From Macrostomum lignano (Eukaryota): 64,000 bases of DNA. A program made the translations under genes and the position numbers. The stretch lies in NCBI GenBank assembly GCA_002269645.1, contig NIVC01000129.1, positions 356,755-420,754 on the forward strand, written 5' to 3'. The notes beneath the pieces are model-generated. The model had not been told where the DNA came from. It made no database searches and was given only the letters and a program-made list of their open reading frames with translations. Shown in pieces: positions 1-11,300 of this stretch; the first letter of the stretch is position 1; each line of letters begins with the position of its first letter.

Positions 1-78
1 CGCTTTGAATACTTCTTCTGCTTTAGATACCGGCTTACTGAATGCATTAGATGATTTGTACAGAGCATTCAGGCAACC

Positions 79-902
79 GTTGCTAGGGAATATCTCAGCT
101 TGTGAAGCGTCTTTGTGTGTGTCTGAGGTGTCTTTTTAAAGCAGAGACATGCGTAAAACAGCTGTGCAAATTTCATGCAGAAAGATCAAAGTGGGACGAT
201 GTAGCGGCTTCTCAAAAAACTACTATATACAGTATTCGGTATATTGGGAAACGTCGTAACAACAGTTGCTAGGGAATATCTCAGCTTGTGAAGCGTCTTT
301 GTGTGTGTCTGAGGTGTCTTTTTAAAGCAGAGACATGCGTAAAACAGCTGTGCAAATTTCATGCAGAAAGATCAAAGTGGGACGATGTAGCAGCTTCTCA
401 AAAAACTACTATATACAGTATTCAGTATATTGGGAAACGTCGTAACAACAGTTGCTAGGGAATATCTCAGCTTGTGAAGCGTCTTTGTGTGTGTCTGAGG
501 TGTCTTTTTAAAGCAGAGACATGCGTAAAACAGCTGTGCAAATTTCATGCAGAAAGATCAAAGTGGGACGATGTAGCAGCTTCTCAAAAAACTACTATAT
601 ACAGTATTCGGTATATTGGGAAACGTCGTAACAACAGTTGCTAGGGAATATCTCAGCTTGTGAAGCGTCTTTGTGTGTGTCTGAGGTGTCTTTTTAAAGC
701 AGAGACATGCGTAAAACAGCTGTGCAAATTTCATGCAGAAAGATCAAAGTGGGACGATGTAGCAGCTTCTCAAAAAACTACTATATACAGTATTCGGTAT
801 ATTGGGAAACGTCGTAACAACAGTTGCTAGGGAATATCTCAGCTTGTGAAGCGTCTTTGTGTGTGTCTGAGGTGTCTTTTTAAAGCAGAGACATGCGTAA
901 AA
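79..902. repeat. Tandem repeat, 186-bp unit, about 4.4 near-identical copies
   Basis: GTTGCTAGGGAATATCTCAG starts at 79, 265, 451, 637 and 823 (spacing 186). The last copy is truncated at about 902. Confidence 0.95.
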
Positions 903-1027
903 GTTTCTATAAATTCACAGTATCTTGCGTAATAAATAGACAATTTTGTTAAACATTTACTGAACGATTTCTGAATGTCTGTCTGAATGTCTGTCGGGAA
1001 ACCAATACATAGCGGATCTTCGCAGCG

Positions 1028-2047
1028 ATGCAGCCACCGCCATCTCAGAATCCGGATGGTGAACAGACACCGCTGGGATTCGATGAGACCGTGAAGCTGC
1101 TGAAGGAGCAGTTTGGTGGCAAGACCAACGTGGTGGCGGAGCGCCACAGGTTTCGGCAGCGAGGGCAGCGACCCGGTGAGAAAATCGCTGACTTTGTGGC
1201 AGCGCTGTACACGCTGGCCGGCTCGTGCGAGTTCGGCGGCATGACGGACGAGATGATTCGCGACCAGATCGTGGAGAAGGTCAGCGACAGGCGGATCAGA
1301 GAGCGCCTGCTCATCGAGGACGGCCTGACGCTCAAGACGGCAGTGACGCTGAGTCAGCAGTGGGAGACCAGCATCGCGGAAGCCAGTGCGATCGAGACTG
1401 GCGGCGCAGTTGCCATGGCAAGCCGAGGCGAGGCGGAGGTGAACAAGGTGCTACATCAGTTCGGAAAGTCCAGAGCTCAAGAACGGGCGGCTGCCGGGCG
1501 AGAGTCCTGTCCAAACTGCGGAGGCGGCCACAACAGGCGAGCGCGATGTCCTGCTGAAGGCAAGTCCTGTTATGCCTGTGGCAAGCAGAACCATTTTGGC
1601 AGGATGTGCAGGTCGCAGGGCACTAAGGTGGCCGAGGTTGGAGACGAGAGCAGCCGCGAGGTGTTCACCGTGCGTGGCACGGCCAGTCCCGACATCAGGT
1701 GCCGGCTGAAGGTCCAGGGCAGCTGGCTGAGCCTGCTGGTCGACTCGGGCGCGAAAGTGTCCATTCTATCGGAGAGGACCTACCGGAGGCTCGGGTCCAA
1801 GGCGCCGCTGCAGCCATCCAACAGGAAGCTCATCGCGTACAACGGCAAGGCTATCGACGTGCTGGGACAGGCGGTGCTGTCGGTCAACTACCGCGGGCAG
1901 AGTGTGCCGTTCTTCTGCTTCACAGTAGTGCAGCAGGGATCCGACATCATGGGCACCGATCTGATGCAGCAGCTCAGCTTCCAAGTGGTGGACCGGGACG
2001 GCGACCTGGTGCGCACCGTGGACAAGACCAGGCAGCTGCCGGCTTAG
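1028..2047 (+). CDS. Gypsy gag-protease segment (Met at 1028 is probably internal to a truncated gag)
   Basis: 339-aa ORF. Upstream in-frame codons RIFAA (1013-1027) look like internal gag. It ends at TAG 2045-2047, in frame with pol. Confidence 0.8.
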   Translation: MQPPPSQNPDGEQTPLGFDETVKLLKEQFGGKTNVVAERHRFRQRGQRPGEKIADFVAALYTLAGSCEFGGMTDEMIRDQIVEKVSDRRIRERLLIEDGLTLKTAVTLSQQWETSIAEASAIETGGAVAMASRGEAEVNKVLHQFGKSRAQERAAAGRESCPNCGGGHNRRARCPAEGKSCYACGKQNHFGRMCRSQGTKVAEVGDESSREVFTVRGTASPDIRCRLKVQGSWLSLLVDSGAKVSILSERTYRRLGSKAPLQPSNRKLIAYNGKAIDVLGQAVLSVNYRGQSVPFFCFTVVQQGSDIMGTDLMQQLSFQVVDRDGDLVRTVDKTRQLPA

Positions 2048-4848
2048 CTGCCAGACCGCTTCGAGCAGCTGACGCGAGGACTCGGCCGGATTCGAGGGTT
2101 CGAGCACAGGCCCCGAGTGAACCCCGCAGTGCCTCCAGTGGCGCAGCCTCTCCGCCGGACGCCGCTCAGCCTCAAGGAGAAGGTCCAAGCTGAGATCGAT
2201 CAGCTTCTAGCGGACGGGATCGTCGAGGAGATTCAGGCATCCGAGTGGATTTCGAATCTGGTGGTCGTCCCAAAGCCTGACGGTAAGATCCGAATCTGCA
2301 ATGACCTCAGGTGCCCCAACAAGGCAATTGTGCCGGACAAGCAGCCTCTGCCGACATTCGAGGAGCTGACGACGGAGTTCAAGGGCTCGACGGTTTTCTC
2401 AAAACTAGATCTTAACTCATCGTATCTGCAGCTCGAGCTCGCCGAGGACAGACGCGATATGACGGCCTTCATCACGGAGAAGGGTCTCTATCGGTACAAG
2501 CGGGTTTGTTTCGGTCTCAACAGCGCTCCGGCAGCTTTCCAGAAGGTGCTGAGCAAGAGTCTGCACGGCTGCTCAGGAACGGTGCACTACATCGACGACA
2601 TAGTCGTGCACGCTGCCAGTGAGGCTGAGCATCACAAGCGACTCACTGCGGTGCTCGACAAGCTGCTGGCCCACGGTGTCACTCTGAACGTAGGCAAGTG
2701 CCAGTGGGCTGCTGAGTCTGTGCAGTTCCTGGGCTACATCGTCTCTGCAAGCGGCCTGCGACCGATGCAGTCAAACGTGGACGCTATCGAGCAGGTGCCG
2801 GAGCCGAAGAGCGCTGAGGCGGTGGCGGCATTCCTTGGAATGGTGAAATTTTACGCGAACTTTCTTCAAAACCTGTCGGATGTCGCCGAGCCGCTGCTGA
2901 GGCTGCTGAGGAAAGACGTGCCCTGGGACTGGTCCGCAGACTGCCAGAAGGCCTTCACAACGCTCAAGAAGATGGTGCTGGCGCCGACCTGTCTGAGGTT
3001 CTTCAGCCCGGATGAGAAGATCATCGTTGCCTGCGAAAGCTCAGCGATCATCGTTGCCTGCGAAAGCTCGGCGCACGCTCTGGGCGCCGTTCTGCTTCAA
3101 GAAGACGGCGCCGGCGTCCGGAGACCAGTCGCGTTTGCGTCCAGAACCCTGTCAGCGACTGAGCGCAAGTACTCCGCGTCTGAAAGAGAGGCATTGGCAT
3201 GCATCTTCGCCTGTGAGAGGTGGCACTATTTCCTGTTCGGCCGAAGATTCGAGCTGCACACGGACCATCAGGCGCTGACTACGTTGCTGACGGCTCAGGG
3301 CAGCGGCCACCGGCCATTGAGATTGCACCGTTGGGCCGACCGCCTGCTCGCGTATGACTTCCAGGTCTGCCACATTCCGGGGAAAAAGAACACCGTTCCG
3401 GACTTTTTGTCGCGACACGGCGCCCGCAACGACAGCATCGAGGAGGACCCGGCGGAGCTCCAAGTGAACGCCGTCCTGCTGTCTGGCGCGCTGCAGATCG
3501 TGAGCCCAAGCGAACTGGCTGAGGAATCTCTACAGGACCCGGTGATCAGCCAGGCGATCGAGATGACGCTGGAGGGCTGGCCGAGTTCCATCAAGCAGTT
3601 GAGGCCGGAGCTGCAGCCGTTCTGGCGGATCAAGGAGCAGCTCACAGTCTGGAATGAAGGCAAGTGCCTGGCGAATGGGTTGCGCGCGGTGATCCCCGCG
3701 TCGTTGAGAGAGAAGACGCTGCAGCTGGCGCACTTTGGGCACCTCGGAGTGAGCAGAATGAAGCAGCACTGCCGGGACTCGGTCTGGTGGCCGCAGATCG
3801 ACAGCCAAATCGAGGAGTTCGTGCGGCACTGCGAGGCCTGCCTGCTCAGCGAGAAAAACTTCAAGCCATCCAAGACGGTGCTGACTCCGACGAAGTGGCC
3901 GACCCGACCTTGGAGGAGCTTCAGCTCGACATCTTTGGGGAGCTGCATTCGGCGCCGAACTCATTTCGCTTCATTCTGGTGCTGTACGACCTGCATTCGA
4001 AGTGGCCAGAAGCAGCCTGCATGTCCACAGTGACCACAGCTGACGTGATCGACGCCTTGACGACGTGGTTCAGCCGCTGGGGACTCCCAAAGAGCATCAA
4101 CACGGACGGCGGGCCGCAGCTCATGTCCGGTGACTTCAAAGACTTCCTCCAGCGCTTCGGCATCCAGCACCGCCAGTCGCCGCACTACCACCCGCAAGGC
4201 AACGCTGCAGTCGAGCGCTTCAACCGGTTTCTGAAAGACGGCCTGAAGACGCACCTGCAGGACGGTTACGGCTTCAAGGATGCGGTGAGGGCGCTGCTGT
4301 GGTCATACCGGGCCACCCCGCACGCACTGACGGGGGTGTCACCGGCAGAGCTGATGACGAGCCGGAAAATCAGCACCCCGCTGACTGCACTGCAGCCAAG
4401 GACGCCATCGCAGCACAACCTGGCAGGCAGCATCAGGCAGAAGCAGCAGCGAGTCTTCAGCAAGCTCAACTCGGCCAGGAGGCCACCGCCGGCGTTCAAG
4501 GTCGGCGACTGGGTGCGCGTGAGGCGGCCGTTCGCGCGTGGCAAGCTGAGCAGCCGGCTGTCCGAGCCACTGGAGATCTCGAGAATCGCGAGCGCCACCA
4601 CAGTGATCCTCAGTGACGGCTCTCGGTGGCACGTCGACAACTGCGTGCGGGTGGAGCGGCCGGCGGGAGCGCTGCCGCAGTGGCCCGCGCCAGCCGCCAC
4701 GACCGCTCCGACACCCGCGGCGGCGGCGGGAGCGGCGGCGGAGGCGGCCAAAGAGCTGCCGCTGCATCAAGGAGCACCGACGGCAATTCGAGCGAGTGTG
4801 AGGAGTCGGGCTCCACCGCAGTGGTACGGGGATGTGGTGACTCATTGA
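2048..4848 (+). pseudogene. Gypsy pol (RT-RNaseH-integrase), disrupted
   Basis: Same frame as gag-PR after one TAG. A 1-nt frameshift at about 3913 (PW|EELQLDIFG) moves into the 3664-4848 ORF frame. There is a 27-bp in-frame duplication at 3020-3073. Confidence 0.9.
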
Positions 4849-7163
4849 TTGCAATGACTGAAAAGGACTTTTGAGTTGCAAGCCTTTGGTTTTCGAGTTT
4901 TCTATTTGAGGGTTTTGAAGTTGGAACTTAATGTCGAACTTTTTCAAATATTTTATTCCGATATCAAAAAAAAATTTTATTCCTAATATTCATGTCTGTT
5001 TTATTGCTCTTGAATTTGTAATCGATTTTCGAATATTCATCGACAAGGCAACTCGTTCGCGAGGGAGAGTGAATGTTGTGTAGTTGGTTTGCAGATATGT
5101 ACATATGCTATGTACATCTGTTTTCCGATATTGATCTGTCGCAGCTAAATGAATATATAAGTATAAATATACCAGTCGGTAGGCCAACTTGGGCTAAGTT
5201 CGTGTGTACCCCTAAATTCAGTCTGACTTTCTCAACACAACACATACCACACAGTAACAATACAATACAATACAGCAGTACAGCAATGCACAGTAACAAA
5301 AAGGTGACAAGAGACACTAATTTTCAAGAAGGCTAAAGTCTCTTGAAACATTTTGATTTGTAGTGTCAGTTGCACATGAATTCTCACAGACTGCATTGGT
5401 TGAACGTGCAGTTTTGGATGACGAAGATGTTCTTGCCATTTGGATGAGCGTTTGTGAAGTTGACCGCCTCCTGGACCGTTGAGCTCTGGATGTTGACTGG
5501 GCAGACGCTTGTGATGACTGCTGGGCTATCTGTTGTACTGGCTGATGGGCACGCGCTCGTAATAACATGGCCATCTGAATCCGGTGTAGTGTTTTCTCTA
5601 TGTCCAGTACCTTGCTTACGGCGTCGCTGCACTTCTTTAGCATCTGCGCTTAACTTTCTATACTAACTCAAGTAGACTCTAAACAGAGTTGCTTGTAAAT
5701 ACGAAATGTGATTCTAATTCATAAAGTGACGCAGGTACGCTTTAGACGAAACTCGGTGATTGTACAGCGACTCTGGCACGCCTCAGATGCGACTCGATCT
5801 ACGGCCCCAGAGTCATTATAGAAGCGCCCCAGAGTAGTTTCAGAGTCGCAGAAAATCAAAACGCCTCAAATTGACTCTAAGCAACTCTTTGACAACTTTT
5901 TGTCACGTCTGATTGAGAGATATCGGCGAACAGTCTTTTCGCACTTCTGGCCGGCTATCGCCATGACGTCGGCCATGCAATGTCCAGCTGCTTCTAAGTT
6001 GACTGACCCTGCTGACTCTAACCAGAAAGACAACTAATCGGCAAGTAAATCCGATGCACTTAGTCTGCCATGAGGCTTTTCAAGCTAGTAGGGTTATTTG
6101 AGAGCTTTCATTTTCTCCATCCTCTCTCCCCCTGTGTGCCTTTCTTAAGGCGTTGCTGAATTTAGCAAACTTGTACCTTCACCATTATCCCAAGTTCTGA
6201 CCTTCGTCTAACCACCTCTGTCTGTTCTGTCTGACTTTAACTTTTAAGTTCCTACAAATTTTCGCTGACTTATTACATTTGCAAGACCAAGCGAGGGTAG
6301 CGAAGCGAGCGCCGGTGAGCTGCACGCCGGCGTCAGCGAAACCAGCCAGGTCGGCAACGAGGTTCCGCCCGTCGAGCTGCTGCCATCCTTGGCCAATCGG
6401 ATCTTTCGGGTTGCGCCGGAGACCGTGAGGCTCACTGTCTTCGAGCCCTAGCCGTACCACAGAGCACGCTTCGGGTCGGAGGGCTCGCGACCTTCGTGGG
6501 CTGCAAGTGGAGGCAAAGAAATGCTCGCGGCCGGAATGCGACGCGGAGGCAGGCACAACTCGATCACATCTTCGTGAGCACCGCTGTGCCGTCAACTGCC
6601 GCACCATCACGCCGCTGGCTCTGTGATCCGACCATCGGCTCATCGTCTGCGACCTGCGTGTACACGATCCACTTTACCGTCCGCCGAAGCGGCCACCGCG
6701 GCGCTACTACCGCGCTCTTAAGGAGACCCATGCAGGCACGTCGAAATTTCGCTGGCGCCTTCGTCAGCGCTTGGCGACAGGTGCGGGCGCGCCGAATACA
6801 CGGAGGTAAGTGCCGCGGTTAGAGCCGCGGCGGAGCAAGCTGTCCCGCTGATGCAACCGGCCCAGTCAGCCGGTCTGGCAGGATGACCCTGCGATTCGGC
6901 AAGCGAGGGCAGAGCTGGAGAGGCTCCGTCCGAGCAGGCGGCCAACTCTGGCGGCTGTCTACCTGCAGCGGCAACAGGCTGCTGTTGACGACGCTATCCA
7001 GGCCATCACCGCCGCTGGACCCGACGCCAAAGGGCGCGTGGGCTGGGCCGCCATCAACGCTGTGACCGGGCGGAAGCGGCGCATCCCGCTCAACTTGGCT
7101 GGCGACAGTCTGGATGAGCGCAGAAATGAGCTGCGCGAGTTCTTTGCCGCCATCGTCAACGCG

Positions 7164-7453
7164 AGAGCACGAGAATTTCCCGCAGGAAGTTTTCCCGCCG
7201 AGCTTTTCCCGCCGAGCTTTTCCCGCGAGTGTTTTTTCCCGCGCCGAGGTTTTCCCGCAGGGTTCTTCCTCTCGGAAGTTCAAGTCAAATCCAATCGGAT
7301 TTGAAATCTAGTCTAGTCTAGTTCTAATCTAGTCTAGTTTTTAATCTAGTCTAGTTTATGTCTAGTCTAGCCTAGCCTAGTCTAGGCTAGTTCTAATCTA
7401 GTCCAGCATTGTCTATAGACGGGAAAACTCCCTGCGGGAAATTGTTATACCCC
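7164..7453. mobile_element. 290-bp non-autonomous DNA element (MITE, MULE/Mutator-like) inserted in the RTE
   Basis: Direct repeat CGTCAACGCG at 7154-7163 and 7454-7463. In-register inverted repeats AATTTCCCGCAGGAAGTTTTCCCG / CGGGAAAACTCCCTGCGGGAAATT match 23/24 and lie 10 nt inside each end. Internal (CTAGT)n tract. Confidence 0.85.
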
Positions 7454-8367
7454 CGTCAACGCGCCGCCGCCCCGCTGCCAAACGATTTGAGGCCGCCGCC
7501 GAGGACGCCGTTGCCGGCAGAGGAGAGCTTTAATGCAGCCCCAGTCAGCACAGCCGACGTTGTGATGATGGCCAAAAGACCCCGGGCAGTAAAGTGCTGG
7601 GTCCGGACGAGGTGCCCATCGAGGCGCTGTGACACCACTTTGTGGCCAGTGAGGTCGCCAGGGTGATGAACCGCGTGCTTTTCGATAAGGCGACGCCAAA
7701 AGAATGAACCACGGCGCACATCGTCGCTATTTCGAAGAAGCCGGGCACCACACGGCTTAAGGGGTAGGAGCACCGAGGTCCAGTGCTGCGAAGCTGTTCA
7801 ACCGGATGCTGCTATTGCGGTTGCAGCCCGTGCTGGATCCGTACTTACGACCTGAGCAGAACGGGTTCCGGCCCAATCGCGGCACAGTGTCGCAAATCCT
7901 GGCTCTTTGCCGAGTCATCGAGGAAGCGCGGACGCACCAGTCGAGCCTGATTGCTCTCTTTATTGACTTCAGGAAGGCTTTCGACACGGTCGCGATGGCC
8001 GTGCTCCCCATTGTGCTTCGTGCGTGTTACGTTCAGAGCAGCTGATTTTCGCCGTCATGACGCTGTATCATGGCATGAGTGCTGCTATTCTAACACCGGA
8101 CGGTTTGTCAGATTTATTTGAGACATACTCTGGGGTGCTTCAGGGAGATACGTTTGTGCCGTTCCTGTTCGTCCTGGTGCTTGACTGGGTGCTGTGGACT
8201 GCTTTCCCTTCTAACGACGACGGCTTCCTGCTGCAGCGACGGGTGGGCGGCTCAGGCGGCTCAGCGTGCTTGACTACGCTGACGACCTGTCCTCGACCTT
8301 CTGTCCTCGAATGTCGAGGGCGCCAGCGTCAGCTGGACCGGCTGGTAAGCGAGCGTTGTTGTTGTTG

Positions 8368-11300
8368 TTACTCCCGGCCGGTTGGATCCGGGGGGCGTGT
8401 CTGCGCCCCTACCGTGCGGAGGAAATCGAGCGCGCGGAGGCCGTCCGTCGAGAGGACGGCCAGGGACGGGTTTGGCCCTAGGGTGCGGGCCCGAAGGTCG
8501 TCAAGGGCCCGGCAGTGCAGGAGGACGTGGGCCACGTCTTCGTCGGCGGCCCCGCAGCGGGGGCAGGTGGCGGCGGTGTCCAGGCCGATCCGGTGCCGAT
8601 ACCAGCGCAGGAGCGGTGAGTGGCCCGTGCGCAGCTGGGCGAGGGTCACCGCGTCGGCCCGGTTAAGGCGTGGCCGCGGGGCGGCGATGGCGGTTGCCAG
8701 ACGGTGGGTGGCGCAGTGCGGGTCGGCCGCGTTGGCTTCGCGGGTGCGCTCGGCGAGGACCCGGCGGAGGGCGGCCCGCGCTGACCCGAAGTCGATCGGC
8801 GTCTCGTTCTGGGGAGGCCGGCCGCGGTCTTGGCGGTGACGTCCGCAGCATCGTTCCGCTGGAGGTCGCAGTGGCTGGGGACCCATTGCAGCCAGATTGG
8901 GAAGCGGGCGGCGAGGTGGGTCAGCAGCGTCCAGATCTCCCGGCACGCTGGCGAGGAGGACTTGGACGGTCCCTTCTCGAGGGCTCGGAGCAGGGACTGC
9001 GAGTCCGTCAGGCAGCGGAGGCCGCTCAGGGAGGCAAGGTCCGGCCTGGAGGCGACGTGCTGAAGCCCCAGCCGGAGAGCCGACTCCTCGGCGCGGAAGG
9101 AGGAAGAGTAACGGCCCGCAGCCTGCGACAGGTGGACTGGCGGCGCGGTCTTGCTGAAGATGACCGCCCCCGCTCCGCCGTTGAGGGTGCCCCCGGAGGC
9201 TGAACCGTCTGTCCAGAGCTCCAGGTCGGCGGGCGGGAGGCTCGCCAGCGTCTCCAGCGCGGCCAGCTTTCTGACGTGGGGCGCCTCCTCTCGGGAGGTC
9301 GCGGTCAGGAGGTCGCAGCGGATGGTGACCCGGCTGGTGTCGGACCATGGCGGCGGAGGGAGGTTTTCCTGCTCCCGGGGGAGGGTGGCCAGGCCGGCGG
9401 CGGCGCTCAGGTGCTGCGCCGAGTCGCGCCAGTTCCTACGGAAGGCCCCAGGCTCCCCGTGAGCGCGCAAGCGGGGCGTAGAGGTCTTGCCCGCTGCAGC
9501 GCGGAGCGGAGTCGGTTGTCGGTGACGGAGGGCTCGCTCGAACAGGGCTGCGCCTGCCGCCTCCGCTCTGGTCGCCAGGGGCACGAGGTCGGCCTCAGCC
9601 ATGAGGGCGCCAATGGCGGTCGAGCGGCAGCAGCCAGTGATGACGCGGGCGGCCGATCGGTGCGCAATCTCGACTTCGTCCCGGCAGGAGTCGGACGCGA
9701 AGGTGAGCCACGTGGAGGCGCCGTGGAGCGCGGCCGCCTCCGCGTAGGTGCGGTAGAGCTAGGCGAGGCGCTGGCCGTCCTGGCCCCAGTCGCGGCCCGC
9801 GAGGCAGCGTAGGACGCCGGTGCGTTGCTGGAGGGCGCGGCGCCGGAGCTCGGCGTGGTGGCGGAAGGTCAGCTGGGAGTCGAGGTGCACTCCCAGGAGC
9901 CTCGGATGCAGCTCGAACGGGGCTGGCGAGTCGCCGAGGAGGATGCGCGGCTGGACCTTTCCGTTGACCTCCCGGGGGTCGAGCGAGAAGAAAGCGACGA
10001 CCGACTTGGTGCGGCTCAGGTCCACCTTCCAGGTTTGGGACCAGCGCACGAGCCAGTCGGCCGCCGGTTGCAGGGCCCGCTCACACTCCCGAGGGGTGGT
10101 CCCTTGCGCGCCGAAGGTGCTGTCGTCGGCGTACGCCAGCGTGAGGCAGTTCGTGGGGCGCCGTCCAGGAGGTCGTCCATGTAGATCACCCACAGGATCG
10201 GGGCGAGGACCGACCCCTGCGGCAGCCCCTCGGAGAACACGGTTGGCTTGCAGGCCGCACTAACCCACCGCACGAAGGCCCTCCTGTCGGAGAGAAATCC
10301 CTTGAGCCAGCGGATGAGGCACGTGGGGATCCCCTTCCGACCGAGCTTGACGATGAGGGCGGCTCTCCAGACGCGGTCGTAGGCTCTGGAGAAGTCTGCA
10401 AGGAGCAGAGCGGTGCGGGCTGCCGGCTTCTTGGCCTGGAAACCGTCAAAAATGTACTGGGCCGCCGCGGCGATGTGCTCCTCCGTGGAGCGGCCCTGAC
10501 GGAAACCGGCTTGCGACGGGTGGAGAGCGTCATTTGCCTCGAGGATGTAGGACAGCCGCTCGTTCACCATCTTCTCCGCGAGCTTGCCCAGGCAGCTGAG
10601 GAGGCTGATAGGGCGGAAGCTGGATGTCAGGCCGGCTGGCTTGTCCGATTTGGGGATCGGGCGGATCTCCGCAAGGCGCCACGGGGCGGGCACCTCCCCC
10701 GTCCTCCACGAGAGGTTCAGGAGGTCCAGGAGGCAGCGGAGCCCCAGGTCGGACAGATGCTTCAGCATGATGTTCGCGACCCCGTCCGGTCCCGGGGCCG
10801 AGCGGTCCGGCAGGCGCACCAAGGCGCGGCGGAGGGCGTCGGGCTGGAAGTCGGAGCAGGGGCCGCTGCGGAGGCCTTGGCAGCTGCAGGGGGCGCGGAG
10901 CGTGTGACGGGCTTCTTGGATGACCGGCCGGTCTTCCGCCTTGTTCTTGGGGAGCCTGCTGACGGCGGCGTACTCCCGGCAGAAAAGCGCGGCCTTCTGT
11001 TTGTCGGAGACGGCCGGTGCCCCCGTGGAGCCCTGGATGGCAGCCGACGAGGGGGTGCCCTGGGACCGTCCGTCGAGGGCCCGGATGATCCGCCAGAGGT
11101 CGGCGGAACACAGGTCGTGACCCGGGTCAGTGATGAAATCACGCCACAGCGACTCCTTGGCGCGGCAGATGGCGTGAGCAGCCGCGGCGGCAGCAGCCTG
11201 GTACGCGGCCGAGAGCGCCGGGTCGTCCGGGCTCGCGCGAAGCGCTTCGAGTTCCGCGCGGCGGGCGGTGCAGGCCGCCTCGGCTTCCGGGCACCACCAG

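Larger units (their letters stand above)
1011..4848 (+). mobile_element. Ty3/Gypsy LTR-retrotransposon internal domain (gag-PR-RT-RNaseH-INT), 5'-truncated, no LTRs recognised
   Basis: Gag core ERHRFRQRGQRPGE, knuckles CPNCGGGH and CYACGKQNHFGRMC, protease LLVDSGA, RT YIDD, RNase H, integrase HHCC (HFGH..CEAC) and D,D-35-E (LDIFG, TDGGPQ, VERFNR). The order PR-RT-RH-INT is Gypsy. Confidence 0.95.

Noticed and set aside
4829-4900. GGGGATGT as a possible PPT plus LTR start
   Set aside because: It lies within the final pol codons, and no second copy of the downstream sequence exists in the window to define an LTR.
5384-5680. Minus-strand ORF ending FVIQNCTFN, reminiscent of Crypton/DUF3504 C-termini
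   Set aside because: Only a short motif in low-complexity sequence. No recombinase residues and an upstream in-frame stop. Needs an HMM search.
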